This document shows, in pieces, positions 33,800 through 47,972 of a stretch of DNA of 64,000 nucleotides. The stretch is from assembly GCA_964019335.1 (NCBI GenBank), contig OZ025738.1:338772-402771 (forward strand). The letters run 5' to 3'. The notes beneath the pieces are model-generated. The model was not told the DNA's origin and made no database searches. It saw only the letters and a program-made list of their open reading frames with translations. This DNA comes from Diplonema japonicum. Lineage: Eukaryota; Protista; Euglenozoa: Diplonemea. The first letter of the stretch is position 1. Each line of letters opens with the position of its first letter. A program made the position numbers and the translations under genes.

Positions 33800-34505
33800 T
33801 TCCCGAGTGCTTTTGTTCTTTTCCTAAGAATGAAGGAACACAATAATAATACTCTTCATAAATTCATAGATTGTTTTTGGTTTTTTTTCTTCATGTACTT
33901 GCCTTGAAGGTAAACCCACAGGAACACAATAACAATACTCTTCATAAAAGAAAATGAAGGAATGAAGGGGAAAAAAAAAAAAAAAAAAAAAAAAAAAAAC
34001 AACCCTGGGGGAAGAAGAAAATACACTGAATCGAAAAAGAAGGGAAAACGAAGTTGAGGATTTCAGACAGATCAGTCGGGTCCCACAGTGGGATGCCAAT
34101 CGGCAAACCAACCTGGCCTCGACCCACCCACCTGCAAGCCCCCAGCCCATAACCCCTAACAACCCATCAAGGACACCTTCACCTACATCTCACATTCGCT
34201 GCGGCTCCCTTTTATCAGGGCACTGGTGCATTCCTACCATTCATCGGAGGTGCCACAGCAAAAGAAAAAGAAAAAAAACCAATTGGAAAGCAATAAATCA
34301 GAAATAAAAATCGTTGAAAGAAGCAAAGTTGAAACAAAAAAAAACAGAGAAAAAAAACTCAATGTGCAGGACAAACCAAAAGAAATATAAATGAATGATA
34401 ATGGAAAAAACAATTTGGAAAGCAATAAATCAGAATAGCAGGCCGACCCGCCTGCAAACCCGTGCCACTTGCACAGAGCCAGATTTTCAAGTGTAGGAGT
34501 GAAAA

Positions 34506-35684
34506 CTAATATTTCACTTTATCAGACGCAGTGGGATGGGGGAGAGGTTCTTCACTACACTGCACAGGCACTGCTTGCAGGAGCGACTCGCCAGGCATCG
34601 GTACCTCTTCCTCCTTTTCGGCAGGAGGTGCAGGGGTTGCGGTGTCATCTGAAACACTTACCCCAGGTGGCACCCTAGACTTTAAAAGCCTCTTAATAGC
34701 ATCAGTGCCTCCTCTCAAGTTGATGGTTTCTAGTTTTTCGCACCGTGACAAGAAGTAATGACCAATACAAGAAAGATTGGTCATCCCATTCAAGTCGATG
34801 GTTTCTAGTTTTCTGCACCCTGACAAGAAAGAATTACCAATGGAAGAAAGATTGGTCCCATTCAAGTTGATGGTTTCTAGTTTTTTGCACCCTGACAAGA
34901 AGCAATAACTAACAGAAGAAAGATTGGTCATCGCATTCAGGTTGATGGTTTCTAGTTTTTCACAATCTGACAAGAAGCAATGACCAACAGAAGAAAGATT
35001 GGTCATCGCATTCAGGTTGATGGTTTCTAGTTTTTCACAATCTGTCAAGAAGCAATGACCAATGTGATAAATATTGGTCATCGAATTCAAGTCGATGGTT
35101 TCTAGATTTCTGCATTCTCTTAAAAAATTAGGATTAATGGTGGAAACATTGGGGAGGATGAGAGAGACAGACGTCAGGTGGTTGCATTTCCGAAGAAAAC
35201 CCTCGTCTATACTTGTAACACAGCCTGTGGAGTCGGTGACAACGAGGAACTGAAGTCCAGAAGGAAGGTCACTGCTGCTCATGGACAAGACTTCGACAGC
35301 TGGAGAGTCCCCCACCTCCACCACCAGAACAAGCTCAGGGTCAGCTGACACAAGACCCTCAAGCTCAGAAACCAATCCTGAGTTCTCGTCCTTCAACTCA
35401 TGCAGACGAACTGTTCTCTTATGCTCTGCCTCCACATGGACCATGGAGCCCTCCACAAGCCCAAGTTGCTGAAGCTCTTCACCGCCTTTCATGTCAAGGA
35501 CCTCACCCTCCCAAACCAGTTTGAACTTGCCTTCGAGTAAACCAGCAGCACACCCCGCCTTCTTGTACAGGCTCCCCACTGTCTCCTTCCCCGACACTTC
35601 CACATCGTGAACCCCGCCTCCCGTCTTCACGAACACTGTCATATCGTTCACCCCTTCATCTGATCTCTTTCTCTTTCTGTTCAT
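34506..35684 (-). CDS. UBL + LRR protein, tandem copy 1
   Basis: MNRKRKR start; UBL; ~7 LRRs; cap; acidic Pro-rich tail. Confidence 0.88.
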   Translation of the reverse strand: MNRKRKRSDEGVNDMTVFVKTGGGVHDVEVSGKETVGSLYKKAGCAAGLLEGKFKLVWEGEVLDMKGGEELQQLGLVEGSMVHVEAEHKRTVRLHELKDENSGLVSELEGLVSADPELVLVVEVGDSPAVEVLSMSSSDLPSGLQFLVVTDSTGCVTSIDEGFLRKCNHLTSVSLILPNVSTINPNFLRECRNLETIDLNSMTNIYHIGHCFLTDCEKLETINLNAMTNLSSVGHCFLSDCEKLETINLNAMTNLSSVSYCFLSGCKKLETINLNGTNLSSIGNSFLSGCRKLETIDLNGMTNLSCIGHYFLSRCEKLETINLRGGTDAIKRLLKSRVPPGVSVSDDTATPAPPAEKEEEVPMPGESLLQAVPVQCSEEPLPHPTASDKVKY

Positions 35685-36185
35685 GTTCTTTTTTTTTCGT
35701 TCTTTTCCCCCCAAACACTTCTTGTTTTGTTTTTATTTTCCCTGTGTGCTTGTCGTGAAGGCTTCAGAAAAAGTAGATCTTGTATACCACAAACGTGACT
35801 TTGATTTTAGTGGGGCCTGTCCTATCAGGCCAAAAATAATAAAAATAGTTTTTTGTATTGTTCTGTAAAAAGTCCCAAGTATGGTCCAAAATCCGAAAAA
35901 AGTACATAATTTATACAGCACACTAAATCCCCAGACGCTGAACAATATAAATACAAATCCGGTAGTACTATTCCTTGGTATGCGTTCTTTTTCTTTCAAT
36001 CGATTGTTATATGTACTTATAAAATACAGCGCGCATTCGACGGCACTGATCAAGCGACTGGCACCTTCCACTCAATAGTACTATTCCACGATTCAGGGAA
36101 GGAAAAGGTAAAGAAACGAAGAACGAAATGAAAAGAGGAGGGGGGGATATAAGATTGATTTCTGGCATGCGTGCGATGTCCCAAG

Positions 36186-36499
36186 CTACAAAGCCAATGC
36201 GTGCACTACGTCATCATCAGAGGAGTCGGTGTCAGAACATAAGAATCTTTCCTTCCTTAGCGGGTGCAGGGGGATGGGGGAGAGGTTCTTCACTTGACTG
36301 CACAGGCACTGCTTGCAGAGCGACTCGCCAGGCATCGGTACCTCTTCCTCCTTTTCGGCAGGAGGTGCAGGGGTTGCGGTGTCATCTGAATAATTTACCC
36401 CTGGTGGCACCTTTGCTTTTAAAAGCCTCTTAAAAGTATCAGTGCCTCCTCTCAAAACGATGGTTTCTAACTTGTTGCACTCTGACAAGAAGCGATCAC
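36186..36499 (-). pseudogene. Orphan 3' LRR-cap/tail fragment (duplicated at ~42921 and ~49653)
   Basis: 'DRFLSECNKLETIVLRGGTD…PAPPAEKEEEVP'; 5' part replaced by repeat Y. Confidence 0.8.
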
Positions 36500-36778
36500 T
36501 GCAAGTCACTTGCTAAGTGTTAACTAAGGGTACCGTGAGGGAGTAGTGCTTTGAGTAGGTTTGCCAGAGGCAATTGAGAAACGCCCACGTCGAGGCCTCA
36601 TCGTCGTCGGTCGCTGTCATCCAAAGAGGCCCGCATGCTGAGCCCCCCCTGAGGTTGCACTACGTGTGGTCATCCATCCCTCGCTTTGTCCCCAGCTGCT
36701 TTCAGCGTTTCGTTATATGCAAGCCATCCTTGCCAGGGCTTCCTGAGTGCTTTTGTTCTTCTCCCCACAGCATTCTCC

Positions 36779-36843
<65 letters not shown>

Positions 36844-37185
36844 GTTTTTCTTCTTTCTTGTACCTGCCTTTGAAGGTAAACCCACAGGAACACAATAATA
36901 ATACTCTTCATAAAAGAAAATGAAGGAATGAAGGAAAAATAAAAAGAAAAAAAAACAGCCTTGGGAAGAAGAAAATACACTGAATCGAAAAAGAAGGGAA
37001 AACGAAGACAGATCAGTCGGGTCCCACAGTGGGATGCCAATCGGCAAACCAACCTGGCCTTGACCCACCCACCTGCAAGCCCCCAGCCCATAACCCCTAA
37101 AAACCCATCAAGGACACCTTCACCTACATCTCACATTCGCTGCGGCTCCCCACCCTTTTATCAGGGCACTGGTGCCACAGCAAAA
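36500..37185. repeat. Dispersed repeat 'Y' with palindromic end GCAAGTCACTTGC and internal poly-T; related copies at ~40323-40710 and ~33800-34230, plus tandem duplicates
   Basis: tgcaagtcacttgctaagtgttaactaag at 36500 and 40323; shared gaggttgcactacgtgtggtcatccatccc core. Confidence 0.75.
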
Positions 37186-37314
37186 GAAAAAGAGAGAAAA
37201 AAATACAAATGAAATGATAGTAGAAAAAACAATTTGGAAAGCAATAAATCAGAATAGCAAGCCGACCTGCCTGCAAACCCGTGAATAGCCACTTGCACAG
37301 AGCCAGATGCAAAC

Positions 37315-38132
37315 TAATATTTCACAGTGGGGTGGGGAGAGGTTCTTCACTAGACTGCACAGGCACTGCTTGCAGGAGCGACTCGCCAGGCATCGGCACC
37401 TCTTCCTCCTTTTCGGCAGGAGGTGCAGGGGTTGCGGTGTCATCTGAAACACTTACCCCTCGTGGCACCTCAGCCTTAAAAAGCTTCTTAAAAATGTATC
37501 AGTGCCTCCTCTCAAAACGATGGTTTCTAATTTGTTGCACTCTGACAAGAACTCATCACCAATGAAATAAAGATTGGTCATTGCAGTCAAGTTGATGGTC
37601 ACAAGTTTTTTGCACCCACACAAGAAGTAATGGCCAATGGAGTAAATATTGGCCATCGCATTTAGGTTGATGGTTTCAAGTTTTCGCACCCACACAAGAA
37701 GTGATCACCAATAGAATTAAGATTCGTCATCCCATTCAGGTTGATGGTTTCTAGTTTTTGCACCCATACAAGAAGCCATCAGGAATGGATTTAAGATTGG
37801 TCATCTCATTCATGTTGATGGTTTCTAGTTTTTTGCACCCTCTTATGAAGTAATCACCGATGGAAGAAAGATTGGTCATCTCATTTAGGTTGATGGTTTC
37901 TAGTTTTTCGCACCCTGACAGGAAGTGATTACCAATGGAAGAAAGATTGGTCATCGCTTTCAAGTCAATGGTTTCTAGTTTTTCGCACCCAAACAAGAAG
38001 TAATCACCAATGGAATTAAGACAGGTCATCGCATTCAAGTTAATGGTTTTAATTTTTTCACACCCACACAAGAAGCCATAACCAATGGAATAAATATTGG
38101 TCATCACATTCAAGTTGATGGTTTCTAGTTTT
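37315..38132 (-). pseudogene. 5'-less LRR cassette (~9 repeats plus cap and tail) with two -1 frameshifts (duplicated at ~44047-44864 and ~50778-51595)
   Basis: ORFs 37751-38224 and 37453-37695; shortened A-runs at the C-K-K / C-E-K codons in all three copies; no UBL upstream. Confidence 0.82.
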
Positions 38133-39196
38133 GTGGTAAAAAAAAAAGAAATAAGTCGAAGTAATAAGGATAGGGAAAGAAATTCAGTACGATAGGAAAA
38201 GAAGTGGTTAGCAACGGCCCACACAAAAAAGACAATTCAATAAAAAAAAAGTGTACTCGCGAACAGGGGATTTCGGACAGATCACTGTATGGTAACTGAA
38301 ATGATTTTAAATTAGAATAGAGAAGCGAAAAAAAAGCGAAAAAATAGATAAAAAGGGGTGGAAAAGAATAAATACTGCATACGAAAACAGGGAGTCGTAG
38401 TAAGTAACACTGCCAGAAAAACCACAAAAAAGGATGGCAAAATTTGAGTGGGTGGGAGGTACAGGTGGTACCAATTACAACAGGTGTCGGATATGTGCCT
38501 CGGTAGTGCACATGTTTCCTGCGAACATCAACGCTGCATAAGCGTGGCGGACGATGCCATACCTCGGTGCTAAAGAATTCTGTCATTTGCTCTTGGGTAA
38601 AGTTGACTTGAGGGGGACCTTTAGTCGGGGGTGGTCTTGCAACTGCTTGTTGTAATTCCTCTTCACAACCGAGTTTAGCCTTGAATAAGCCGTCCGGACT
38701 GAACGGGCAGCTGAAATGATGTTGTAAGTGGGAATAAAAAGCGAAAAAGTTAAAAACAGATGAAGAAGGATAAATACTGCATACGAAAACAGAGAGTTGA
38801 ATAGAAAAGAATAAAAGTGACTGACATCCTCAAGAGGAGCCTCCCACATACCAGGAATTAAGCAGAGGTTGCTTCCATGGCCCGTATCAGTCTATCGCCG
38901 GAAAGAATAATGAAAATAACAGAACGAAGTGAAAAGGAAAAGAGAAAAAACGGCCTGGTCGCCAGGAAGTGCTGGTTCAGACGCGTCAGGCCTTGCAGCA
39001 GGCTTTACTTGCTGATGTCGTTGAAATAGAGAATAGAATCCTCTTCTTTCGGACGGGCTCTTCTTTTCACACAAAAGCGTGCCCACTCCTTTTCGTATGG
39101 CTCTTGGAAGGGGGTGAACCCTGCTGCGTCTGCCTCTTGTGCAGTCGGGTTCTTGCCTATCCCAAAGGAACCTTGGTAGGAACTTTTGGAGGGCTT

Positions 39197-39838
39197 AAAT
39201 TAGGCCCAGGAGTGAAATAATATTTCTTATTTTAACCAGGGTCCCCGGTAAGGTGGGGATAGACCGGCGATCGCCGGTCTAAGCAATTCTTTTTGAAAAC
39301 GTCGCTGGTCTACGTAGACCGGCGAATTTCTAGTACCTGCGGTAGGCCATAAGGGGGCAGGGGTTGCCCCCTTTGTGAGGAATTTTTCTCTTTTTATTAA
39401 TCACGGGTGAGTGGTTTAGTCCGCATTGCATTGCCTGCACCCACTGAATAATAAACTGCTATCCGCAATTCCCTGCTCTACAACCTGAGAAACTGAACTG
39501 TCTATTGGTGATAAGCACGGAGGGGGCAGATGTTCCGAGTGAAGACTTCATCAGTTGCGTCATAAGACGGTTTCATGATATGCCGACAAGCAGACGGCAT
39601 GTGAACCTTACTGAGGCTGAGTTTCTGGAGGAGTAGCACAAACGTTCAGGGAGAAAAAAAGAAGTGTTCAAGCCAACGAGAGGCCCAATTAACGTTCACC
39701 CCTATTTTTATTTTTATTTTGAAAAAAAGGGTCAAAAAATCGGCCAAAAAGCACCACAGGTCTATCGAAAAAAACCCATTTTGAACCGGGGGCCCTGTTT
39801 TAACGCCATCAGAATTTTTTCACTCCTGGGCCTAATTT
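39197..39838. mobile_element. MITE-like element with a 21-bp perfect inverted repeat (duplicates at ~45929-46570 and ~52654-53295)
   Basis: aaattaggcccaggagtgaaa (39197-39217) and tttcactcctgggcctaattt (39818-39838); further GGAGTGAAA motifs up to ~39930. Confidence 0.6.
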
Positions 39839-40115
39839 CTTTTAGAAGCCGGAGCGTGAAAATAAAGTCAGGAGTGAAATAAAGTGAATTCCTATTTTCA
39901 CTCCCACCCATGAAAATTCTGCTGGAGTTAAATAAAAAAGTATGAATAAGGAATGAAAGAAAAAGCTTTCTGGTCCTCCCTTGCTAAGTGTAGGGACCGG
40001 GTCATCGGTGGGAGTGTTTTGGTTTCCTGCCGTTTTGCTCTCTGAGCGTCTCGTTTTCCTCGCAACGTAGGACCTGCCAGTGACGTGCCACCGACACCGT
40101 GTTGCATGAACGGCA

Positions 40116-40147
<32 letters not shown>

Positions 40148-41240
40148 GAGTCCCCTGGCTGGTCCAGGTTCGAGTACGTTCGACCATGATGGACTGTGTC
40201 GACTGTGTTGGTGCTTTCCTCCGTTGCAGGGGGGCTTGGGACGACACGCCAAGATCCACTGGAAGCCTATTTGTTCTTTGTGTAACTTGATGGCCCTGTA
40301 GAGGTATGGCATCTTCGTCGCCTGCAAGTCACTTGCTAAGTGTTAACTAAGGTTGCTGTGAGGACGCATGGAGGGGTGCTGCAGAGTACTGGTCGCTGTC
40401 ATCCAAAGAGGCCTGCACACCGAGCCCCCTGAGGTTGCACTACGTGTGGTCATCCATCCCTCGCTTTGTCCCCAGCTGCTTTCAGCGTTTCGTCGTTATA
40501 TGCAAGCCGTCCTTGCTGGGGCTTCCCGAGTGCTTTTGTTCTTCTCTGCTCACAGCATTCCCCATCTTTCTTCTTTTTTTTTTTTTTTTTTTTTTTCCTG
40601 TACTTGCCTTGAAGGTGAACTCACAGGAACACAATAATAACACTCTTCAAAGAAAATGAAAAAAAGAAAAAATAACATAAAACCACGAAAAAAAAAAAGC
40701 AGCCCTGGGGGAGAATTTCTTGTTCATGCAAAAAAAAAAAAAATAAAAAAAAAAAAAGAAAGAAAAAGAAGAAAAGATTTGATAAATTTCGGTGTGTGGG
40801 TGGTGCTCACCGTACGGAGCCTGCAGAAAAAAAAGATATCTTTGAAGGGAACCTGCAGTGTGTGACAGAATCGCCTTAAAAGAAATTCACTATGATAGGA
40901 ACGAAGTGGTTAGCAACGGCCCGCAAAAAAAAAGAGATGAGATAAAGGAGGTTCCTACGTCCCCCTCGTCTCTACTTATAAAAAGAAACAAATGAAATGA
41001 TGGTGGAAAAAAACCAATTGGAAAGCAATAAATCAGAAATAAAAATCGTTGAAAGAAGCAAAGTTGAAACAAAAAAAAACAGAGAAAAAAAACTCAATGT
41101 GCAGGACAAACCAAAAGAAATATAAATGAATGATAATGGAAAAAACAATTTGGAAAGCAATAAATCAGAATAGCAGGCCGACCCGCCTGCAAACCCGTGC
41201 CACTTGCACAGAGCCAGATTTTCAAGTGTAGGAGTGAAAA

Positions 41241-42419
41241 CTAATATTTCACTTTATCAGACGCAGTGGGATGGGGGAGAGGTTCTTCACTACACTGCAC
41301 AGGCACTGCTTGCAGGAGCGACTCGCCAGGCATCGGTACCTCTTCCTCCTTTTCGGCAGGAGGTGCAGGGGTTGCGGTGTCATCTGAAACACTTACCCCA
41401 GGTGGCACCCTAGACTTTAAAAGCCTCTTAATAGCATCAGTGCCTCCTCTCAAGTTGATGGTTTCTAGTTTTTCGCACCGTGACAAGAAGTAATGACCAA
41501 TACAAGAAAGATTGGTCATCCCATTCAAGTCGATGGTTTCTAGTTTTCTGCACCCTGACAAGAAAGAATTACCAATGGAAGAAAGATTGGTCCCATTCAA
41601 GTTGATGGTTTCTAGTTTTTTGCACCCTGACAAGAAGCAATAACTAACAGAAGAAAGATTGGTCATCGCATTCAGGTTGATGGTTTCTAGTTTTTCACAA
41701 TCTGACAAGAAGCAATGACCAACAGAAGAAAGATTGGTCATCGCATTCAGGTTGATGGTTTCTAGTTTTTCACAATCTGTCAAGAAGCAATGACCAATGT
41801 GATAAATATTGGTCATCGAATTCAAGTCGATGGTTTCTAGATTTCTGCATTCTCTTAAAAAATTAGGATTAATGGTGGAAACATTGGGGAGGATGAGAGA
41901 GACAGACGTCAGGTGGTTGCATTTCCGAAGAAAACCCTCGTCTATACTTGTAACACAGCCTGTGGAGTCGGTGACAACGAGGAACTGAAGTCCAGAAGGA
42001 AGGTCACTGCTGCTCATGGACAAGACTTCGACAGCTGGAGAGTCCCCCACCTCCACCACCAGAACAAGCTCAGGGTCAGCTGACACAAGACCCTCAAGCT
42101 CAGAAACCAATCCTGAGTTCTCGTCCTTCAACTCATGCAGACGAACTGTTCTCTTATGCTCTGCCTCCACATGGACCATGGAGCCCTCCACAAGCCCAAG
42201 TTGCTGAAGCTCTTCACCGCCTTTCATGTCAAGGACCTCACCCTCCCAAACCAGTTTGAACTTGCCTTCGAGTAAACCAGCAGCACACCCCGCCTTCTTG
42301 TACAGGCTCCCCACTGTCTCCTTCCCCGACACTTCCACATCGTGAACCCCGCCTCCCGTCTTCACGAACACTGTCATATCGTTCACCCCTTCATCTGATC
42401 TCTTTCTCTTTCTGTTCAT
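41241..42419 (-). CDS. UBL + LRR protein, tandem copy 2
   Basis: Translation identical to copy 1. Confidence 0.88.
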   Translation of the reverse strand: MNRKRKRSDEGVNDMTVFVKTGGGVHDVEVSGKETVGSLYKKAGCAAGLLEGKFKLVWEGEVLDMKGGEELQQLGLVEGSMVHVEAEHKRTVRLHELKDENSGLVSELEGLVSADPELVLVVEVGDSPAVEVLSMSSSDLPSGLQFLVVTDSTGCVTSIDEGFLRKCNHLTSVSLILPNVSTINPNFLRECRNLETIDLNSMTNIYHIGHCFLTDCEKLETINLNAMTNLSSVGHCFLSDCEKLETINLNAMTNLSSVSYCFLSGCKKLETINLNGTNLSSIGNSFLSGCRKLETIDLNGMTNLSCIGHYFLSRCEKLETINLRGGTDAIKRLLKSRVPPGVSVSDDTATPAPPAEKEEEVPMPGESLLQAVPVQCSEEPLPHPTASDKVKY

Positions 42420-43513
42420 GTTCTTTTTTTTTCGTTCTTTTCCCCCCAAACACTTCTTGTTTTGTTTTTATTTTCCCTGTGTGCTTGTCGTGAAGGCTTC
42501 AGAAAAAGTAGATCTTGTATACCACAAACGTGACTTTGATTTTAGTGGGGCCTGTCCTATCAGGCCAAAAATAATAAAAATAGTTTTTTGTATTGTTCTG
42601 TAAAAAGTCCCAAGTATGGTCCAAAATCCGAAAAAAGTACATAATTTATACAGCACACTAAATCCCCAGACGCTGAACAATATAAATACAAATCCGGTAG
42701 TACTATTCCTTGGTATGCGTTCTTTTTCTTTCAATCGATTGTTATATGTACTTATAAAATACAGCGCGCATTCGACGGCACTGATCAAGCGACTGGCACC
42801 TTCCACTCAATAGTACTATTCCACGATTCAGGGAAGGAAAAGGTAAAGAAACGAAGAACGAAATGAAAAGAGGAGGGGGGGATATAAGATTGATTTCTGG
42901 CATGCGTGCGATGTCCCAAGCTACAAAGCCAATGCGTGCACTACGTCATCATCAGAGGAGTCGGTGTCAGAACATAAGAATCTTTCCTTCCTTAGCGGGT
43001 GCAGGGGGATGGGGGAGAGGTTCTTCACTTGACTGCACAGGCACTGCTTGCAGAGCGACTCGCCAGGCATCGGTACCTCTTCCTCCTTTTCGGCAGGAGG
43101 TGCAGGGGTTGCGGTGTCATCTGAATAATTTACCCCTGGTGGCACCTTTGCTTTTAAAAGCCTCTTAAAAGTATCAGTGCCTCCTCTCAAAACGATGGTT
43201 TCTAACTTGTTGCACTCTGACAAGAAGCGATCACTGCAAGTCACTTGCTAAGTGTTAACTAAGGGTACCGTGAGGGAGTAGTGCTTTGAGTAGGTTTGCC
43301 AGAGGCAATTGAGAAACGCCCACGTCGAGGCCTCATCGTCGTCGGTCGCTGTCATCCAAAGAGGCCCGCATGCTGAGCCCCCCCTGAGGTTGCACTACGT
43401 GTGGTCATCCATCCCTCGCTTTGTCCCCAGCTGCTTTCAGCGTTTCGTTATATGCAAGCCATCCTTGCCAGGGCTTCCTGAGTGCTTTTGTTCTTCTCCC
43501 CACAGCATTCTCC

Positions 43514-43575
<62 letters not shown>

Positions 43576-46500
43576 GTTTTTCTTCTTTCTTGTACCTGCC
43601 TTTGAAGGTAAACCCACAGGAACACAATAATAATACTCTTCATAAAAGAAAATGAAGGAATGAAGGAAAAATAAAAAGAAAAAAAAACAGCCTTGGGAAG
43701 AAGAAAATACACTGAATCGAAAAAGAAGGGAAAACGAAGACAGATCAGTCGGGTCCCACAGTGGGATGCCAATCGGCAAACCAACCTGGCCTTGACCCAC
43801 CCACCTGCAAGCCCCCAGCCCATAACCCCTAAAAACCCATCAAGGACACCTTCACCTACATCTCACATTCGCTGCGGCTCCCCACCCTTTTATCAGGGCA
43901 CTGGTGCCACAGCAAAAGAAAAAGAGAGAAAAAAATACAAATGAAATGATAGTAGAAAAAACAATTTGGAAAGCAATAAATCAGAATAGCAAGCCGACCT
44001 GCCTGCAAACCCGTGAATAGCCACTTGCACAGAGCCAGATGCAAACTAATATTTCACAGTGGGGTGGGGAGAGGTTCTTCACTAGACTGCACAGGCACTG
44101 CTTGCAGGAGCGACTCGCCAGGCATCGGCACCTCTTCCTCCTTTTCGGCAGGAGGTGCAGGGGTTGCGGTGTCATCTGAAACACTTACCCCTCGTGGCAC
44201 CTCAGCCTTAAAAAGCTTCTTAAAAATGTATCAGTGCCTCCTCTCAAAACGATGGTTTCTAATTTGTTGCACTCTGACAAGAACTCATCACCAATGAAAT
44301 AAAGATTGGTCATTGCAGTCAAGTTGATGGTCACAAGTTTTTTGCACCCACACAAGAAGTAATGGCCAATGGAGTAAATATTGGCCATCGCATTTAGGTT
44401 GATGGTTTCAAGTTTTCGCACCCACACAAGAAGTGATCACCAATAGAATTAAGATTCGTCATCCCATTCAGGTTGATGGTTTCTAGTTTTTGCACCCATA
44501 CAAGAAGCCATCAGGAATGGATTTAAGATTGGTCATCTCATTCATGTTGATGGTTTCTAGTTTTTTGCACCCTCTTATGAAGTAATCACCGATGGAAGAA
44601 AGATTGGTCATCTCATTTAGGTTGATGGTTTCTAGTTTTTCGCACCCTGACAGGAAGTGATTACCAATGGAAGAAAGATTGGTCATCGCTTTCAAGTCAA
44701 TGGTTTCTAGTTTTTCGCACCCAAACAAGAAGTAATCACCAATGGAATTAAGACAGGTCATCGCATTCAAGTTAATGGTTTTAATTTTTTCACACCCACA
44801 CAAGAAGCCATAACCAATGGAATAAATATTGGTCATCACATTCAAGTTGATGGTTTCTAGTTTTGTGGTAAAAAAAAAAGAAATAAGTCGAAGTAATAAG
44901 GATAGGGAAAGAAATTCAGTACGATAGGAAAAGAAGTGGTTAGCAACGGCCCACACAAAAAAGACAATTCAATAAAAAAAAAGTGTACTCGCGAACAGGG
45001 GATTTCGGACAGATCACTGTATGGTAACTGAAATGATTTTAAATTAGAATAGAGAAGCGAAAAAAAAGCGAAAAAATAGATAAAAAGGGGTGGAAAAGAA
45101 TAAATACTGCATACGAAAACAGGGAGTCGTAGTAAGTAACACTGCCAGAAAAACCACAAAAAAGGATGGCAAAATTTGAGTGGGTGGGAGGTACAGGTGG
45201 TACCAATTACAACAGGTGTCGGATATGTGCCTCGGTAGTGCACATGTTTCCTGCGAACATCAACGCTGCATAAGCGTGGCGGACGATGCCATACCTCGGT
45301 GCTAAAGAATTCTGTCATTTGCTCTTGGGTAAAGTTGACTTGAGGGGGACCTTTAGTCGGGGGTGGTCTTGCAACTGCTTGTTGTAATTCCTCTTCACAA
45401 CCGAGTTTAGCCTTGAATAAGCCGTCCGGACTGAACGGGCAGCTGAAATGATGTTGTAAGTGGGAATAAAAAGCGAAAAAGTTAAAAACAGATGAAGAAG
45501 GATAAATACTGCATACGAAAACAGAGAGTTGAATAGAAAAGAATAAAAGTGACTGACATCCTCAAGAGGAGCCTCCCACATACCAGGAATTAAGCAGAGG
45601 TTGCTTCCATGGCCCGTATCAGTCTATCGCCGGAAAGAATAATGAAAATAACAGAACGAAGTGAAAAGGAAAAGAGAAAAAACGGCCTGGTCGCCAGGAA
45701 GTGCTGGTTCAGACGCGTCAGGCCTTGCAGCAGGCTTTACTTGCTGATGTCGTTGAAATAGAGAATAGAATCCTCTTCTTTCGGACGGGCTCTTCTTTTC
45801 ACACAAAAGCGTGCCCACTCCTTTTCGTATGGCTCTTGGAAGGGGGTGAACCCTGCTGCGTCTGCCTCTTGTGCAGTCGGGTTCTTGCCTATCCCAAAGG
45901 AACCTTGGTAGGAACTTTTGGAGGGCTTAAATTAGGCCCAGGAGTGAAATAATATTTCTTATTTTAACCAGGGTCCCCGGTAAGGTGGGGATAGACCGGC
46001 GATCGCCGGTCTAAGCAATTCTTTTTGAAAACGTCGCTGGTCTACGTAGACCGGCGAATTTCTAGTACCTGCGGTAGGCCATAAGGGGGCAGGGGTTGCC
46101 CCCTTTGTGAGGAATTTTTCTCTTTTTATTAATCACGGGTGAGTGGTTTAGTCCGCATTGCATTGCCTGCACCCACTGAATAATAAACTGCTATCCGCAA
46201 TTCCCTGCTCTACAACCTGAGAAACTGAACTGTCTATTGGTGATAAGCACGGAGGGGGCAGATGTTCCGAGTGAAGACTTCATCAGTTGCGTCATAAGAC
46301 GGTTTCATGATATGCCGACAAGCAGACGGCATGTGAACCTTACTGAGGCTGAGTTTCTGGAGGAGTAGCACAAACGTTCAGGGAGAAAAAAAGAAGTGTT
46401 CAAGCCAACGAGAGGCCCAATTAACGTTCACCCCTATTTTTATTTTTATTTTGAAAAAAAGGGTCAAAAAATCGGCCAAAAAGCACCACAGGTCTATCGA

Positions 46501-46847
46501 AAAAAACCCATTTTGAACCGGGGGCCCTGTTTTAACGCCATCAGAATTTTTTCACTCCTGGGCCTAATTTCTTTTAGAAGCCGGAGCGTGAAAATAAAGT
46601 CAGGAGTGAAATAAAGTGAATTCCTATTTTCACTCCCACCCATGAAAATTCTGCTGGAGTTAAATAAAAAAGTATGAATAAGGAATGAAAGAAAAAGCTT
46701 TCTGGTCCTCCCTTGCTAAGTGTAGGGACCGGGTCATCGGTGGGAGTGTTTTGGTTTCCTGCCGTTTTGCTCTCTGAGCGTCTCGTTTTCCTCGCAACGT
46801 AGGACCTGCCAGTGACGTGCCACCGACACCGTGTTGCATGAACGGCA

Positions 46848-46879
<32 letters not shown>

Positions 46880-47972
46880 GAGTCCCCTGGCTGGTCCAGG
46901 TTCGAGTACGTTCGACCATGATGGACTGTGTCGACTGTGTTGGTGCTTTCCTCCGTTGCAGGGGGGCTTGGGACGACACGCCAAGATCCACTGGAAGCCT
47001 ATTTGTTCTTTGTGTAACTTGATGGCCCTGTAGAGGTATGGCATCTTCGTCGCCTGCAAGTCACTTGCTAAGTGTTAACTAAGGTTGCTGTGAGGACGCA
47101 TGGAGGGGTGCTGCAGAGTACTGGTCGCTGTCATCCAAAGAGGCCTGCACACCGAGCCCCCTGAGGTTGCACTACGTGTGGTCATCCATCCCTCGCTTTG
47201 TCCCCAGCTGCTTTCAGCGTTTCGTCGTTATATGCAAGCCGTCCTTGCTGGGGCTTCCCGAGTGCTTTTGTTCTTCTCTGCTCACAGCATTCCCCATCTT
47301 TCTTCTTTTTTTTTTTTTTTTTTTTTTTCCTGTACTTGCCTTGAAGGTGAACTCACAGGAACACAATAATAACACTCTTCAAAGAAAATGAAAAAAAGAA
47401 AAAATAACATAAAACCACGAAAAAAAAAAAGCAGCCCTGGGGGAGAATTTCTTGTTCATGCAAAAAAAAAAAAAATAAAAAAAAAAAAAGAAAGAAAAAG
47501 AAGAAAAGATTTGATAAATTTCGGTGTGTGGGTGGTGCTCACCGTACGGAGCCTGCAGAAAAAAAAGATATCTTTGAAGGGAACCTGCAGTGTGTGACAG
47601 AATCGCCTTAAAAGAAATTCACTATGATAGGAACGAAGTGGTTAGCAACGGCCCGCAAAAAAAAAGAGATGAGATAAAGGAGGTTCCTACGTCCCCCTCG
47701 TCTCTACTTATAAAAAGAAACAAATGAAATGATGGTGGAAAAAAACCAATTGGAAAGCAATAAATCAGAAATAAAAATCGTTGAAAGAAGCAAAGTTGAA
47801 ACAAAAAAAAACAGAGAAAAAAAACTCAATGTGCAGGACAAACCAAAAGAAATATAAATGAATGATAATGGAAAAAACAATTTGGAAAGCAATAAATCAG
47901 AATAGCAGGCCGACCCGCCTGCAAACCCGTGCCACTTGCACAGAGCCAGATTTTCAAGTGTAGGAGTGAAAA

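Noticed and set aside
38400-40320. Short ORFs and a (GTC)n microsatellite within the tandem unit
   Set aside because: No recognisable domains; likely fragments of unidentified elements
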